Assembly: GCA_041740975.1 (NCBI GenBank) | Contig: JBGSKV010000083.1 | Location: forward strand, 87,806-151,805 | Direction: 5' to 3' | Origin: Oligoflexales bacterium | Lineage (GTDB): Bacteria > Bdellovibrionota_B > Oligoflexia > Oligoflexales > JALZUQ01 | Length of the DNA: 64,000 nt | In this document: in pieces, positions 56,295 through 64,000 of the stretch | Layout of the letters: every line of letters starts with the position of its first letter | Position numbering within the stretch: the stretch's first letter is position 1 | Position numbers and translations under genes: made by a program | Notes under the pieces: model-generated | The model's input: the letters and a program-made list of their open reading frames with translations, nothing else | Told to the model about the DNA's origin: nothing | Database searches by the model: none

Positions 56295-56431
56295 TCTATC
56301 CTTCTCCTGATCAATATCTGACCAAAATAATTCAAAATTGATTACATTGTTAACATTGCTAGCCCGATGAAATCAGAAGCACTTGCTTTTTGACGCCAAT
56401 ATCGATAACACAATGGAATGTCATTTCTTTT

Positions 56432-56504
56432 TCCCGAGTAGCTCAGTTGGTAGAGCAGGTGGCTGTTAACCACCTTGTCGGCGGTTCGAGTCCGTCCTCG
56501 GGAG
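56432..56504 (+). tRNA. tRNA-Asn (anticodon GTT)
   Basis: Acceptor TCCCGAG/CTCGGGA, D arm GCTCAGTTGGTAGAGC, anticodon arm GGTGG-CTGTTAA-CCACC, T arm GGCGG-TTCGAGT-CCGTC, discriminator G. CCA is not encoded. Followed by a T6 run. Confidence 0.92.
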
Positions 56505-56544
56505 CTCTTTTTTGGGTTTTATGAACTCGGACGGACTACGTCCT

Positions 56545-56585
56545 CTTGCTCACCGGTTCGCAAAACACGCTCGGGAGCTCTTTTT
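56545..56585 (+). repeat. degenerate duplicate of the tRNA-Asn 3' half (variable loop to acceptor end plus trailer)
   Basis: CTCGGGAGCTCTTTTT is exact at 56497-56512 and 56570-56585. CGGTTCG is exact at 56482-56488 and 56554-56560. CTTG occurs at 56474 and 56545. The sequence between these blocks has diverged. Confidence 0.6.
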
Positions 56586-56611
56586 AAGATTTTTCTTCTA
56601 AGAAGCCCCGA

Positions 56612-57385
56612 ATGTGGCCATTCCTTTTCATATCCATTTTATTTTATGCACTGCCCACGTTGGCTTACGACTTTAAACATTGTGAAAACATCGGGCCAGC
56701 GATGGAACACCGGTTTGCGGGCGAGCAGTTTTGCCTAGAAGTTAAGGCCGCAGGTTCGATTCCCCATGAAGTTAGTGAGCATATGTCTAGACCAACTTGG
56801 CGACGGGTATTGCATGAATGTCATAAAAGCTTAATGAACGAGGGTTCTCCTGTCAGTCCCATCAGCTATAAATTCGCCACTTCTATTAAAAGGGCGACTT
56901 CTAAAAATGACCTCCCCTTCGTTGAATACGACTGGAACGACATCAAAATTTCAGATGCTGATAAAGGCAAATTAGAAAAATGTTACTCACTGTTTTTGCA
57001 CAGAGCCTTTTCTCAGGCTGCCTCGATCCAATCGCTAATGATTTTGACCATAAGCTCCCAATACCATGGAAAGAGCTCATTAACCAAAAACCTCCACTTT
57101 GTCCGAGATAAGTATTCCTGCCAGCTTTCGCAATACAAGAAAGATTGGGATTCCTGTGAACATGATCATGACTGCGAGTTCTGGGGAGAACCATTTGCCA
57201 CCGAGAGCTCTCCTGGTCTCTCTGGATTCCGCAATGCCGTGAATAAATCAAAGATTAATTTTTTGAAAGATTGGCAACGTTGTTACACAATCACTTACAC
57301 TCACGAACCCGATCCTCAGGTAGACGCCAAGCTATATTCAAAGCCGGTCTGTGAAAAGAAGCGATGTTTGGCCCATAAGCTCTGA
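56612..57385 (+). CDS. hypothetical secreted Cys-rich protein
   Basis: Signal peptide MWPFLFISILFYALPTLA. About 10 Cys. No recognisable domain; weak RBS. Confidence 0.45.
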   Translation: MWPFLFISILFYALPTLAYDFKHCENIGPAMEHRFAGEQFCLEVKAAGSIPHEVSEHMSRPTWRRVLHECHKSLMNEGSPVSPISYKFATSIKRATSKNDLPFVEYDWNDIKISDADKGKLEKCYSLFLHRAFSQAASIQSLMILTISSQYHGKSSLTKNLHFVRDKYSCQLSQYKKDWDSCEHDHDCEFWGEPFATESSPGLSGFRNAVNKSKINFLKDWQRCYTITYTHEPDPQVDAKLYSKPVCEKKRCLAHKL

Positions 57386-57841
57386 TTCTTGCGCGTTTTC
57401 TATTTCTAAATTTGCAAACGGTGCGAGATCTCTATGAGCCCGGTCGTAGCAGCGGTTCATAAGTTGCGAAAATTTCGCCTTAAACGAAGGCCGGGCAGGC
57501 ATTTCTTCGCTTGTTTTTACGAAACTGAAGAAAATATCATGGGCTAGGTACTTTGGATTGGTGCTCAAAGTATTAATATCAATGCTAGCTTTAGTCAGAT
57601 CACCCTCAACCGAAGTGGCGAATATTTGTGGTTCCAAGAAAATTTCCGTGTAGAGATCAAATAACCAGACTTTTACCGCTGTCACATTTTTTTCCGATGT
57701 GGAGAGTCGAAATTCAGTTTCGATTTGGTACAAATACTGGCAATGCTCAGCAATCGAACGTGCTTTTAAAGTCGTTTCAGATAGTGCCAAGCTGGAGTTT
57801 GATAAACTCAGAAATAAGACACAGGCTAGAAAGTTGTTCAT
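57338..57841 (-). CDS. hypothetical secreted protein
   Basis: ATG 57841 is preceded by GGAAGGGAG. Signal peptide MNNFLACVLFLSLSNSSLA. The ORF-track extension to 57997 overlaps the upstream gene and is rejected. Confidence 0.5.
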   Translation of the reverse strand: MNNFLACVLFLSLSNSSLALSETTLKARSIAEHCQYLYQIETEFRLSTSEKNVTAVKVWLFDLYTEIFLEPQIFATSVEGDLTKASIDINTLSTNPKYLAHDIFFSFVKTSEEMPARPSFKAKFSQLMNRCYDRAHRDLAPFANLEIENAQESELMGQTSLLFTDRL

Positions 57842-57854
57842 GAGATCTCCCTTC

Positions 57855-59090
57855 CTAATAAGAACAGTGACCAAGGCCTCGGTAAGTTTTTGCCCTGCCG
57901 ATGATTTTATCGTCCTGCTTGAGAATATACTCGTTAAATCTTTCGGCGATTTCTCCAGCCTTAGCAGGTCGCAAAAATACGGGATCGCCCGGAACAAGAT
58001 TAATATCGGATGGAACGCTTAGTGGTGTTTGAACTTCACCGAATCCTTCCGTGGAGAACGGTTTCAAGCCCTCCGGCAAAAAAGGTTTTGGGGACTTGTC
58101 GACGCTTGTCTCGCCACTGGCGATAAATCCACCGCTTTGGCAAGTCACCATGCCCGCTTCCGGTATGCGGCTCACTCTTAAGCCAAAGCAAAATGCCGGC
58201 TCATTGATATTATCTCTGTAGTAGTCAAACAACTGCGACTGCAAAAACCCCGAGCCTGCCGCCACTTCCGTAATGCACTCTTCTTTAGATGTGCTGGCGA
58301 CACTTCCTGAGCCACCACCATTATAGAACTCAAGTTGGATACCTTCTTTACCCATCAACGTCGCCATAGCGGCGCGACGTTTCGCAAGTTCACGACGAGA
58401 GAGCCATTTCATAAAGGATTTTGGAAGATTCATAAACGGCGCGGTGGGATTGCGGTCGGCAAGGCCGGCGATTTGGGCTTCATAAGCCATGAGTCCGACG
58501 ATCTGTAGTCCGGCTCCCTTTGCTAAGCCAACAATATTTCTGAGTTCACTTAGGTTCCGAATTGGCGAGCGACGCACTCCTAAATGGAATAGTCCAAAAG
58601 GGCGATAAGAAGCATCAACATCGATGCATACTCTTGCGGGAACTATGGCATTTTGTTTCTGCCAGACCTCTTTGATGGCATCAACATGAGCGACTTCATC
58701 AATCATCAAAATAATTTTTGTGCCGGCCTGCGTAAGTTTGCAAGCTGCATCCAAGTCTCTTCCTTGAACGGAAGGATAGGCCACCAAAAGATCGTCAAAT
58801 CCTTCGGCCGCTAAAAACACAGCTTCTGTAATGCCGTAGCACATCAGACCTTTGAAATTTTTGCCGCCCACTTTCAAAATATGGCGGATCAGGTCGGGAA
58901 CTCGCACGGACTTTGTCGCGAGTCGAATGGTCTTGCCATGGGTGGCTGCGATTTTTGCAAAGCGCTCGACATTCTTAGTGAGGATATTCATGTCTACAAT
59001 GCCACACGGCATGGGTTCGTCTCTCAGCATAGTTTTGAGAGATTCGTAGTTCCATGTTGATGTCTTTTGACTAGCGGCCATTTTTGCCAA
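57855..59090 (-). CDS. PLP-dependent enzyme of the alanine-racemase-N / D-serine-dehydratase-like (DSD1, D-threonine aldolase) family
   Basis: N-terminal TIM-barrel block with candidate PLP lysine in TIRLATKSVR, a GG-rich FYNGGGSGS block, and a C-terminal beta domain. About 410 aa, as in this family. Confidence 0.65.
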   Translation of the reverse strand: MAKMAASQKTSTWNYESLKTMLRDEPMPCGIVDMNILTKNVERFAKIAATHGKTIRLATKSVRVPDLIRHILKVGGKNFKGLMCYGITEAVFLAAEGFDDLLVAYPSVQGRDLDAACKLTQAGTKIILMIDEVAHVDAIKEVWQKQNAIVPARVCIDVDASYRPFGLFHLGVRRSPIRNLSELRNIVGLAKGAGLQIVGLMAYEAQIAGLADRNPTAPFMNLPKSFMKWLSRRELAKRRAAMATLMGKEGIQLEFYNGGGSGSVASTSKEECITEVAAGSGFLQSQLFDYYRDNINEPAFCFGLRVSRIPEAGMVTCQSGGFIASGETSVDKSPKPFLPEGLKPFSTEGFGEVQTPLSVPSDINLVPGDPVFLRPAKAGEIAERFNEYILKQDDKIIGRAKTYRGLGHCSY

Positions 59091-60573
59091 TTTTGCTGGC
59101 GTAAATTTCCATTTTTACCGCCGTGAGACCGGCTTTCAGAAGATTCAGAACCCCGCCAGAAAAGACATAGCGCGTAACGTTGCGAAACATTCCGTACTTT
59201 TTCGACGTATAGGGATGCCAGTTGGGTTCGATTTTTCCATTGTTTCCGTCAAAGATCACCGATTTTGGGGCTGTAAATGCCCGGACCCCAATCGAACCTT
59301 TGGTTCGACCAAATCCACTGGCTTTGACGCCTCCAAATGGCAAATGCGAGTTGCCTTGTGTCACCATGACGTTATTGACGGAGACATTTCCCGTGACGAT
59401 GGCTCGTGCCACTCGTTCCACCTGAGCTTTATCGCCACCCCAAACACTAGCTGATAGTCCATACTCCGAATCATTGGCAAGGCGAATGGCCTCGTCTTCG
59501 GTTTCAAACTTAATGATGGGAACGACTGGTCCAAAGGTTTCTTCCTGCATCATGATTGAGTCATTGGGTACGTCAACCATCACGATGGGCGGAATGTATT
59601 TAGAAGTCTTGTCCCAATTTTCGCCGGTGAGTTGTTTTGCGCCTCTCGCCAAAGCGTCATTGACTTGTACAGTGATTTTTTTGCGCTGATCGTCAGTCGT
59701 AATATGACCGATATCGGAATTGCCGTCTTTATCAGTGCCAAGTGTCAGGCGTTTGGTTTTCTCGGTCATTTTTTCCACGAACTCGTCGTATACACCCGAC
59801 TGAACATAGCAGCGTTCCACCGATGTGCATGTTTGCCCTGCATTGCAAAATCCACCCCACATAGCCCCTGACGTCGCGCGTTCCACATTGGCGTCATTAA
59901 ACACCACCATCGGGTCTTTGCCGCCCAACTCTAAACCAACCGGAATTAGAAAATCCGCTGCCTGTTTCATGATGCGCTTTCCGGTTTCTGTCCCGCCCGT
60001 AAAAAAGATTTTGTTGGGACGAGCGTTGATGAGATCCGACCCCATCTTACCGTCGCCGTAAACAACTTGGATCCAATGCGGGTGAAACTCTGCCTTATAG
60101 AACAGAGACTCCATCAAGCCTTGTAGGGGAGTGAATTCAGAAGGTTTCAAAATAACGGCATTGCCAGCCATAAAACCAGTAATGCATGGGATAAGACCCG
60201 TATAAAAAGGGTAGTTCCACGGCACAATGGCCAAAACCACACCTAAGGGTTCGTAGTAGATTCTAGACTTCTTCGGAAAGAGCACAATCGGAGTCGGGAC
60301 TTTTTCCGGCGCCAAAATCTTCGGGCCAGATTTTTCCAGGAACTCAATGTAGTCAAGTACCGCAAAAATCTCAGCAACCAAGGCATCGAAGCGAGACTTG
60401 CCAGTATCTTTTTGAATCGTATCAATGATGACGTCTTGTTGATCCAAAACGACTTTTCGAAGTTTTGCCATAAACGACGCACGTTCCGCAAGCGTCAAGG
60501 CGCCAACTTGCGGTTGAATCGCACGGGCCTGTTGCATGATTTTTTCAGCCGCTGAAGCAGAGGTGTTCGACAT
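59071..60573 (-). CDS. NAD(P)-dependent aldehyde dehydrogenase
   Basis: Catalytic blocks GLELGGKDP (Glu) and FCNAGQTCTSVER (Cys), FTGGTETGKRI cofactor loop, EETFGPV. ATG 60573 lies 4 nt after the upstream stop; the longer ORF to 60669 would overlap it. Confidence 0.9.
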   Translation of the reverse strand: MSNTSASAAEKIMQQARAIQPQVGALTLAERASFMAKLRKVVLDQQDVIIDTIQKDTGKSRFDALVAEIFAVLDYIEFLEKSGPKILAPEKVPTPIVLFPKKSRIYYEPLGVVLAIVPWNYPFYTGLIPCITGFMAGNAVILKPSEFTPLQGLMESLFYKAEFHPHWIQVVYGDGKMGSDLINARPNKIFFTGGTETGKRIMKQAADFLIPVGLELGGKDPMVVFNDANVERATSGAMWGGFCNAGQTCTSVERCYVQSGVYDEFVEKMTEKTKRLTLGTDKDGNSDIGHITTDDQRKKITVQVNDALARGAKQLTGENWDKTSKYIPPIVMVDVPNDSIMMQEETFGPVVPIIKFETEDEAIRLANDSEYGLSASVWGGDKAQVERVARAIVTGNVSVNNVMVTQGNSHLPFGGVKASGFGRTKGSIGVRAFTAPKSVIFDGNNGKIEPNWHPYTSKKYGMFRNVTRYVFSGGVLNLLKAGLTAVKMEIYASKIGKNGR

Positions 60574-60577
60574 GGGA

Positions 60578-61024
60578 TTATGCTCCGACGTTTTGTGGTC
60601 TTTGTGATGGGTTTGGGTTTCGAGTTGGCTCATGTTCAGACTCCGAAAGAACTGTTTTAATCGACGCATTCCAATGTATGAGTTTGTGAACCCTTGCGTC
60701 CGAATAATAGAGACTATAGATGATACCCTTCAGACCAATTTCCGCCAAGCGCAACTGGGCTCCGAGAAAAGACGGAAAGTAAGAATTCTTGCCAATAATC
60801 CAAATTATGAAGCGCACAGCAAATGCTGGCAAAACTCCAAATACGCTCATCAGCATGATAAAATCCTTGCGGTCATACTCAGGCGTGTAGTTGAGAATGC
60901 GGTCGACTTCACAAGTGGGATCAAGCGCGGAGAACTTCGGCAGTGGACCAGAACCTGGAACCAAAACATCACCGGCTTTCCGTAAACCATTTAATTGAAC
61001 TGCACCTAAAAATTCACTGGTCAA
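60578..61024 (-). CDS. hypothetical small membrane protein coupled to the GMC oxidoreductase
   Basis: 148 aa with one clear hydrophobic segment (FIMLMSVFGVLPAFAVRFIIWIIG). Its start overlaps the GMC stop by 4 nt. Confidence 0.5.
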   Translation of the reverse strand: MTSEFLGAVQLNGLRKAGDVLVPGSGPLPKFSALDPTCEVDRILNYTPEYDRKDFIMLMSVFGVLPAFAVRFIIWIIGKNSYFPSFLGAQLRLAEIGLKGIIYSLYYSDARVHKLIHWNASIKTVLSESEHEPTRNPNPSQRPQNVGA

Positions 61025-62424
61025 GCGGCCTCCTCTATCATCTGCCGTGAAGCTTTTAATGATAATGCCATGATCGTTAAAGATGGGTTAATGCCGGGTG
61101 CACTTGGGAATATGCTGGAGTCCGCCACGTAAATATTTTTGTGTCCGTGAAGATGAAAGTCGGGATCGACAACGCTGGTTTTTGAGTTCGAGCCAATCGC
61201 GCAACCGCCAATCAAATGCAGCCCGATCAAAAATTCACTCGGAATGATGTCTTCAGCGCCGGTGGCGTTGTAAATTTTGGAAATAGCTTCCATGCCTTGT
61301 GATAAGCGAAGTTTGTCTTCGGAGTTAAGTGACTTTTCTATTCTGAGTTTACCGCGTCGCCCGAGTTGGATTCGACCGGGATTGGTGTCACGAATTGCAA
61401 CTTCAATACAGGCAAAGTGTCCGATCCGACCAACTGCATCTTGATGAACGGCGCCATATCCTGGAAATAGCATCGCAAAAGAGGCTGGTGGTGCGAAAAC
61501 ATTCTCAAGTTTGAAGCCTTGCTGTTTGAATCGCTCATCTTCGGATCGAACGGTTTGGAACGGTCCAACATGCGCATGTACGGGCTCTTTGTATCGCGCG
61601 AGCATCATGTTTTGAGGATGCGTAAAGAAATTTCTGCCTAGGTGGGGAAGGTGCTGCCCAATGGTACTCGAAAGAAGAATTTTGACATTGCCCATCGATC
61701 CGGCGGCCATCACAATTTTTTTGCAAACTATGGTTTGTGGTTCTTGATTGACGCGAGACCCAGTTACTTTAACAAGTTCTCCGTCCTTCTCGATGTTTTG
61801 AACTTCAAACTCAGACCAAAGCTCGAGGCCTTGTTCTAGTGCTCTCTTCAAACTCGTGACGGGTGTAGATTGTTTGCTGTCGAGTCGGCATCCGTGTAGG
61901 CACTCGATGCAGTCATTCCTGTCTTCATAAAAACAGTCTTTTTGCGCGCGGCGAAGGATACCCCACTGAAACCCGCACTTTTCGCAGCCTTCTTTGAAGA
62001 TGCGCGAGTTGCGGTTCCAGTATTTTTCCGGAACTTTCTGAATCGATACATTCTTCTCGGCTTCGTCGTACCAATGTTTCATTTCTGTACTTTGGAAATA
62101 CGAAATACCCGTTTCCCGATTCCAATCTGCCAGCACATCTGGATAGAATCGATCCATCAGCGCTTGATTGACGATTGTGCCTCCGCCCACAACTTTGGGG
62201 CGAAGCATCGCAAGTTGGGCTTTGGTATCAATTTCGAGTCCGCCATTCCAATAGAGCTGGGCATTGGCGTCGATCTCATTGCGGGGATAGGTTTTGCGGT
62301 TAAAATTCTTACCGGCTTCTAACATCAGGCAGTTCCAACCGGCATTGGTAAGTTCTTGCGCCACATAGGATCCAGACACTCCACTTCCGATAATAATGGC
62401 GTCGTAAATCTGGCGAGAGGTCAT
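61021..62424 (-). CDS. GMC family FAD-dependent oxidoreductase
   Basis: YDAIIIGSGVSGSYVAQEL Rossmann opening. C-terminal GMC block HLIGGCAIG...VVDPDFHLHGHKNIYVADSSIFPSAPGINPSLTIMALS. Confidence 0.88.
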   Translation of the reverse strand: MTSRQIYDAIIIGSGVSGSYVAQELTNAGWNCLMLEAGKNFNRKTYPRNEIDANAQLYWNGGLEIDTKAQLAMLRPKVVGGGTIVNQALMDRFYPDVLADWNRETGISYFQSTEMKHWYDEAEKNVSIQKVPEKYWNRNSRIFKEGCEKCGFQWGILRRAQKDCFYEDRNDCIECLHGCRLDSKQSTPVTSLKRALEQGLELWSEFEVQNIEKDGELVKVTGSRVNQEPQTIVCKKIVMAAGSMGNVKILLSSTIGQHLPHLGRNFFTHPQNMMLARYKEPVHAHVGPFQTVRSEDERFKQQGFKLENVFAPPASFAMLFPGYGAVHQDAVGRIGHFACIEVAIRDTNPGRIQLGRRGKLRIEKSLNSEDKLRLSQGMEAISKIYNATGAEDIIPSEFLIGLHLIGGCAIGSNSKTSVVDPDFHLHGHKNIYVADSSIFPSAPGINPSLTIMALSLKASRQMIEEAA

Positions 62425-62490
62425 CCGTGACTGTCCTGCAGTTAAAATATAAAGACTATCTTTCTAGTTTATGCCTTTTTTGCCGGTACA

Positions 62491-62521
62491 ACAAAAAGAG
62501 GGCGGCTTTCGCAAAGGCCCT
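62491..62521 (-). terminator. putative intrinsic terminator downstream of aroE
   Basis: Stem AGGGC(gg)CTTT / AAAG-GCCCT (62499-62521) with a 3-nt loop. On the minus strand it is followed by CTTTTTGT (complement of 62491-62498). Confidence 0.45.
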
Positions 62522-62589
62522 ACTTTCCATAGATCCGTTTTGACTTCGTTTATCGTAAGATTTTATTAAATGACCAAGGTTGGAAGTGA

Positions 62590-62701
62590 TAAATCTGGGG
62601 ACACCCGACTGATTACGTATTCCTCGTCAGAGTAAAAGTGACTGAATAATTACGAATTAAATATTTCGAAATACGTAATCAGTCGGGTGTCCCCTGATTT
62701 A
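62590..62701. repeat. inverted-repeat element: 32-nt arms (31/32 match) around a 48-nt spacer, with the same GGGGACAC/GTGTCCCC core
   Basis: Left arm 62590-62621 TAAATCTGGGGACACCCGACTGATTACGTATT. Right arm 62670-62701 AATACGTAATCAGTCGGGTGTCCCCTGATTTA. The element ends 6 nt from the aroE stop codon. Confidence 0.88.
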
Positions 62702-62706
62702 ACTTC

Positions 62707-63543
62707 TTAGGAAAGAAGTTCCATATTGGGATAGGCCGAATCACCAAACCAAAACTCCTGCGAGAGCATGGCTTGTTCCACTAACATAGCCAGTCCATTC
62801 AAACATACGATGCGGTGTTTTAAGCAATGCTGCAAAAGTGCTGACGATGGTTTGGCGTAACCCAAATCATAAAAAGATCCGCTGAAGTTTTCTAGAGCAG
62901 GAGTAAATTCAACTAAGTCTTGTCCATGTGCAGGTGCACTGGTCGCATGGACAATAAGATGGTTTGGATTTTCTTTAATGATATCTTTCAGGCATTCCAC
63001 TTTAAAATCATAAAATTGATACTGAATGAGAGGGTGATGGATTGCGCAAATGACGTCGTCGCGTGAAGAGTTTCGGCGCAGAATATTGATGCGAAGTGGT
63101 CTTTCGCGAGTCGCGTTTTCATATAAAGTTGAAGCGATATATTGTAGGATGCCAACCACCGCGCCGCCAGATCCCAAAAAAGTTATCTCGTTTATATCGT
63201 CTAACTTTAGCGACATATGTTTGAGGCTATTGATAAATCCTTCGCCATCTGTCGAAGTTCCTTCCCAGCCATTGTCCCCGCGGTAAACTGTGTTAACGGA
63301 CGAAAGTTCTGTGCCAATGAGATCTGCCACCAATTCCTTATACGGCGTGGTGACGTTGAATCCAGTCCCGCCGACAGCCCAGAAGTTTTCGATAAACTCT
63401 TTGACCTGCGGCTGTGGAATATCGACGAGCGAGTAAGTCGCTTGTAGTCCAAGTTTCTCAGCGCTGGATAAATGAATTTTGGGAGAGAGTGAGTACTGAA
63501 TATTTTGGCCGAGTAGGCCCAATGCCAAAAGGGGTTTATCCAT
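62707..63543 (-). CDS. aroE: shikimate dehydrogenase
   Basis: LGLLGQNIQYSLSPKIH opening, FNVTTPYKE (Lys), GTSTDGEGF (Asp), GSGGAVVG cofactor loop. ATG 63543 avoids overlap with the upstream ORF; the 63627 start is an over-extension. Confidence 0.85.
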   Translation of the reverse strand: MDKPLLALGLLGQNIQYSLSPKIHLSSAEKLGLQATYSLVDIPQPQVKEFIENFWAVGGTGFNVTTPYKELVADLIGTELSSVNTVYRGDNGWEGTSTDGEGFINSLKHMSLKLDDINEITFLGSGGAVVGILQYIASTLYENATRERPLRINILRRNSSRDDVICAIHHPLIQYQFYDFKVECLKDIIKENPNHLIVHATSAPAHGQDLVEFTPALENFSGSFYDLGYAKPSSALLQHCLKHRIVCLNGLAMLVEQAMLSQEFWFGDSAYPNMELLS

Positions 63544-63550
63544 AAATTTA

Positions 63551-64000
63551 TCAACCAACCGGTCGAGCCAAACTATCGATATAACCAAGAATAGGCTGAC
63601 GAACTTCTTCGTCGGCAGCGGATTCAAACTTCACTTTAACGATGTAATTCTCTTTTTGATCGTCAGCAGTGCTGCAAGAGACCACTTTGGCGTCGAGATA
63701 TTTCAGGTGCTCGTTTGGAAATCCCGGCAAAGTATTAAGATGCAAAACGACCCGTGATCCGACCCAAAGCATTTCCGGAATCATAAGACTGGCACCTCGA
63801 GGTTCCAGGGAGCGCAAATAAGCTTGGCTATTTTTTGCTTTTACTGATGAGTAATTCATTTTCAAGAAAAGGTGATCGACCCGTCGTTGGGCGCGATATT
63901 GAGCGTATTCATTGGCTGGTGTTTCATACTCAATCGGACCAATTTGATCGTCGCCAAAGAAATTGCGATTGGAAAAGAAGCGAAGACAAAGGAGCAGAAC
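63551..64000 (-). CDS. PilZ-like protein, 5' end not defined (frame stays open to the window edge)
   Basis: The frame of the 63551-63865 ORF continues without a stop to nt 64000 (VLLLCLRFFSNRNFFGDDQIGPIEYETPANEYAQYRAQRRVDHLFLK-MNYSS...). RAQRR lies about 27 aa upstream of SLEPRGASLMI, which resembles the PilZ RxxxR ... D/NxSxxG arrangement, though degenerate. Confidence 0.4.
   Translation of the reverse strand, partial: VLLLCLRFFSNRNFFGDDQIGPIEYETPANEYAQYRAQRRVDHLFLKMNYSSVKAKNSQAYLRSLEPRGASLMIPEMLWVGSRVVLHLNTLPGFPNEHLKYLDAKVVSCSTADDQKENYIVKVKFESAADEEVRQPILGYIDSLARPVG

Noticed and set aside
56750-56763. tRNA T-arm-like string GCAGGTTCGATTCC inside the 56612-57385 ORF, considered as a possible second att or tRNA remnant.
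   Set aside because: The flanking bases do not complete a T stem (GCAGG versus CCCCA). No acceptor or anticodon arm can be drawn, and it does not match tRNA-Asn.
1-64000. Looked for CRISPR arrays, integrases, transposases, phage genes, toxin-antitoxin pairs and known defence-system signatures.
   Set aside because: No regularly spaced repeat arrays are present, and no ORF carries integrase, transposase, nuclease-helicase or other defence-type motifs. Apart from the repeats reported above, the window reads as core metabolism and envelope biogenesis.

Overview
The window is almost entirely chromosomal core genes of a Gram-negative aerobic heterotroph. BamD, a TolC-type OMF, Lgt, TonB, HldD and an O-antigen-ligase-like protein all point to an outer membrane with LPS. 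The gene mix (GldA/F/G-type ABC module, fused IcmF, long-form urocanase, orphan pilin) looks Bdellovibrionota- or deltaproteobacteria-like, but that placement is low-confidence inference. In order: a nuo membrane-arm cluster (NuoA-like tail, then nuoH-J-K-L-M-N) running into lgt; a GldA/F/G-like ABC operon with a DUF4340-like tail gene; ribA; tRNA-His; an orphan prepilin; an OMF+RND efflux pair; ArsR plus a tandem SRPBCC protein; a FucP/GluP-type MFS transporter; long-form hutU; sucB-lpdA-sucA; a HAD, M48 protease, ClpP-like, ABC exporter, HIT gene string; hldD, LysR, MBL hydrolase, msrB, etfAB; an MltD-like transglycosylase; TonB; bamD, a PBP1-like gene, murJ; icmF; an O-antigen-ligase-like gene; a receiver-only response regulator plus a lipoprotein; tRNA-Asn; two small secreted proteins; a GMC oxidoreductase, small membrane protein, ALDH, PLP enzyme operon; aroE; and a PilZ-like ORF that is open at the window edge. 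I saw no CRISPR array, integrase, transposase, prophage or recognisable defence system. The best leads are: (1) two long palindromic elements sharing a GGGGACAC/GTGTCCCC core, one a perfect 52-bp-arm palindrome; (2) a class-A-PBP homolog whose glycosyltransferase and transpeptidase catalytic motifs all look substituted; (3) the nuo cluster lacking nuoB/C/D/I; (4) a degenerate copy of the tRNA-Asn 3' half next to unassignable secreted genes; (5) an OMF-RND pair with no adaptor gene. All calls come from reading the sequence and the ORF translations by eye. No database searches were run.
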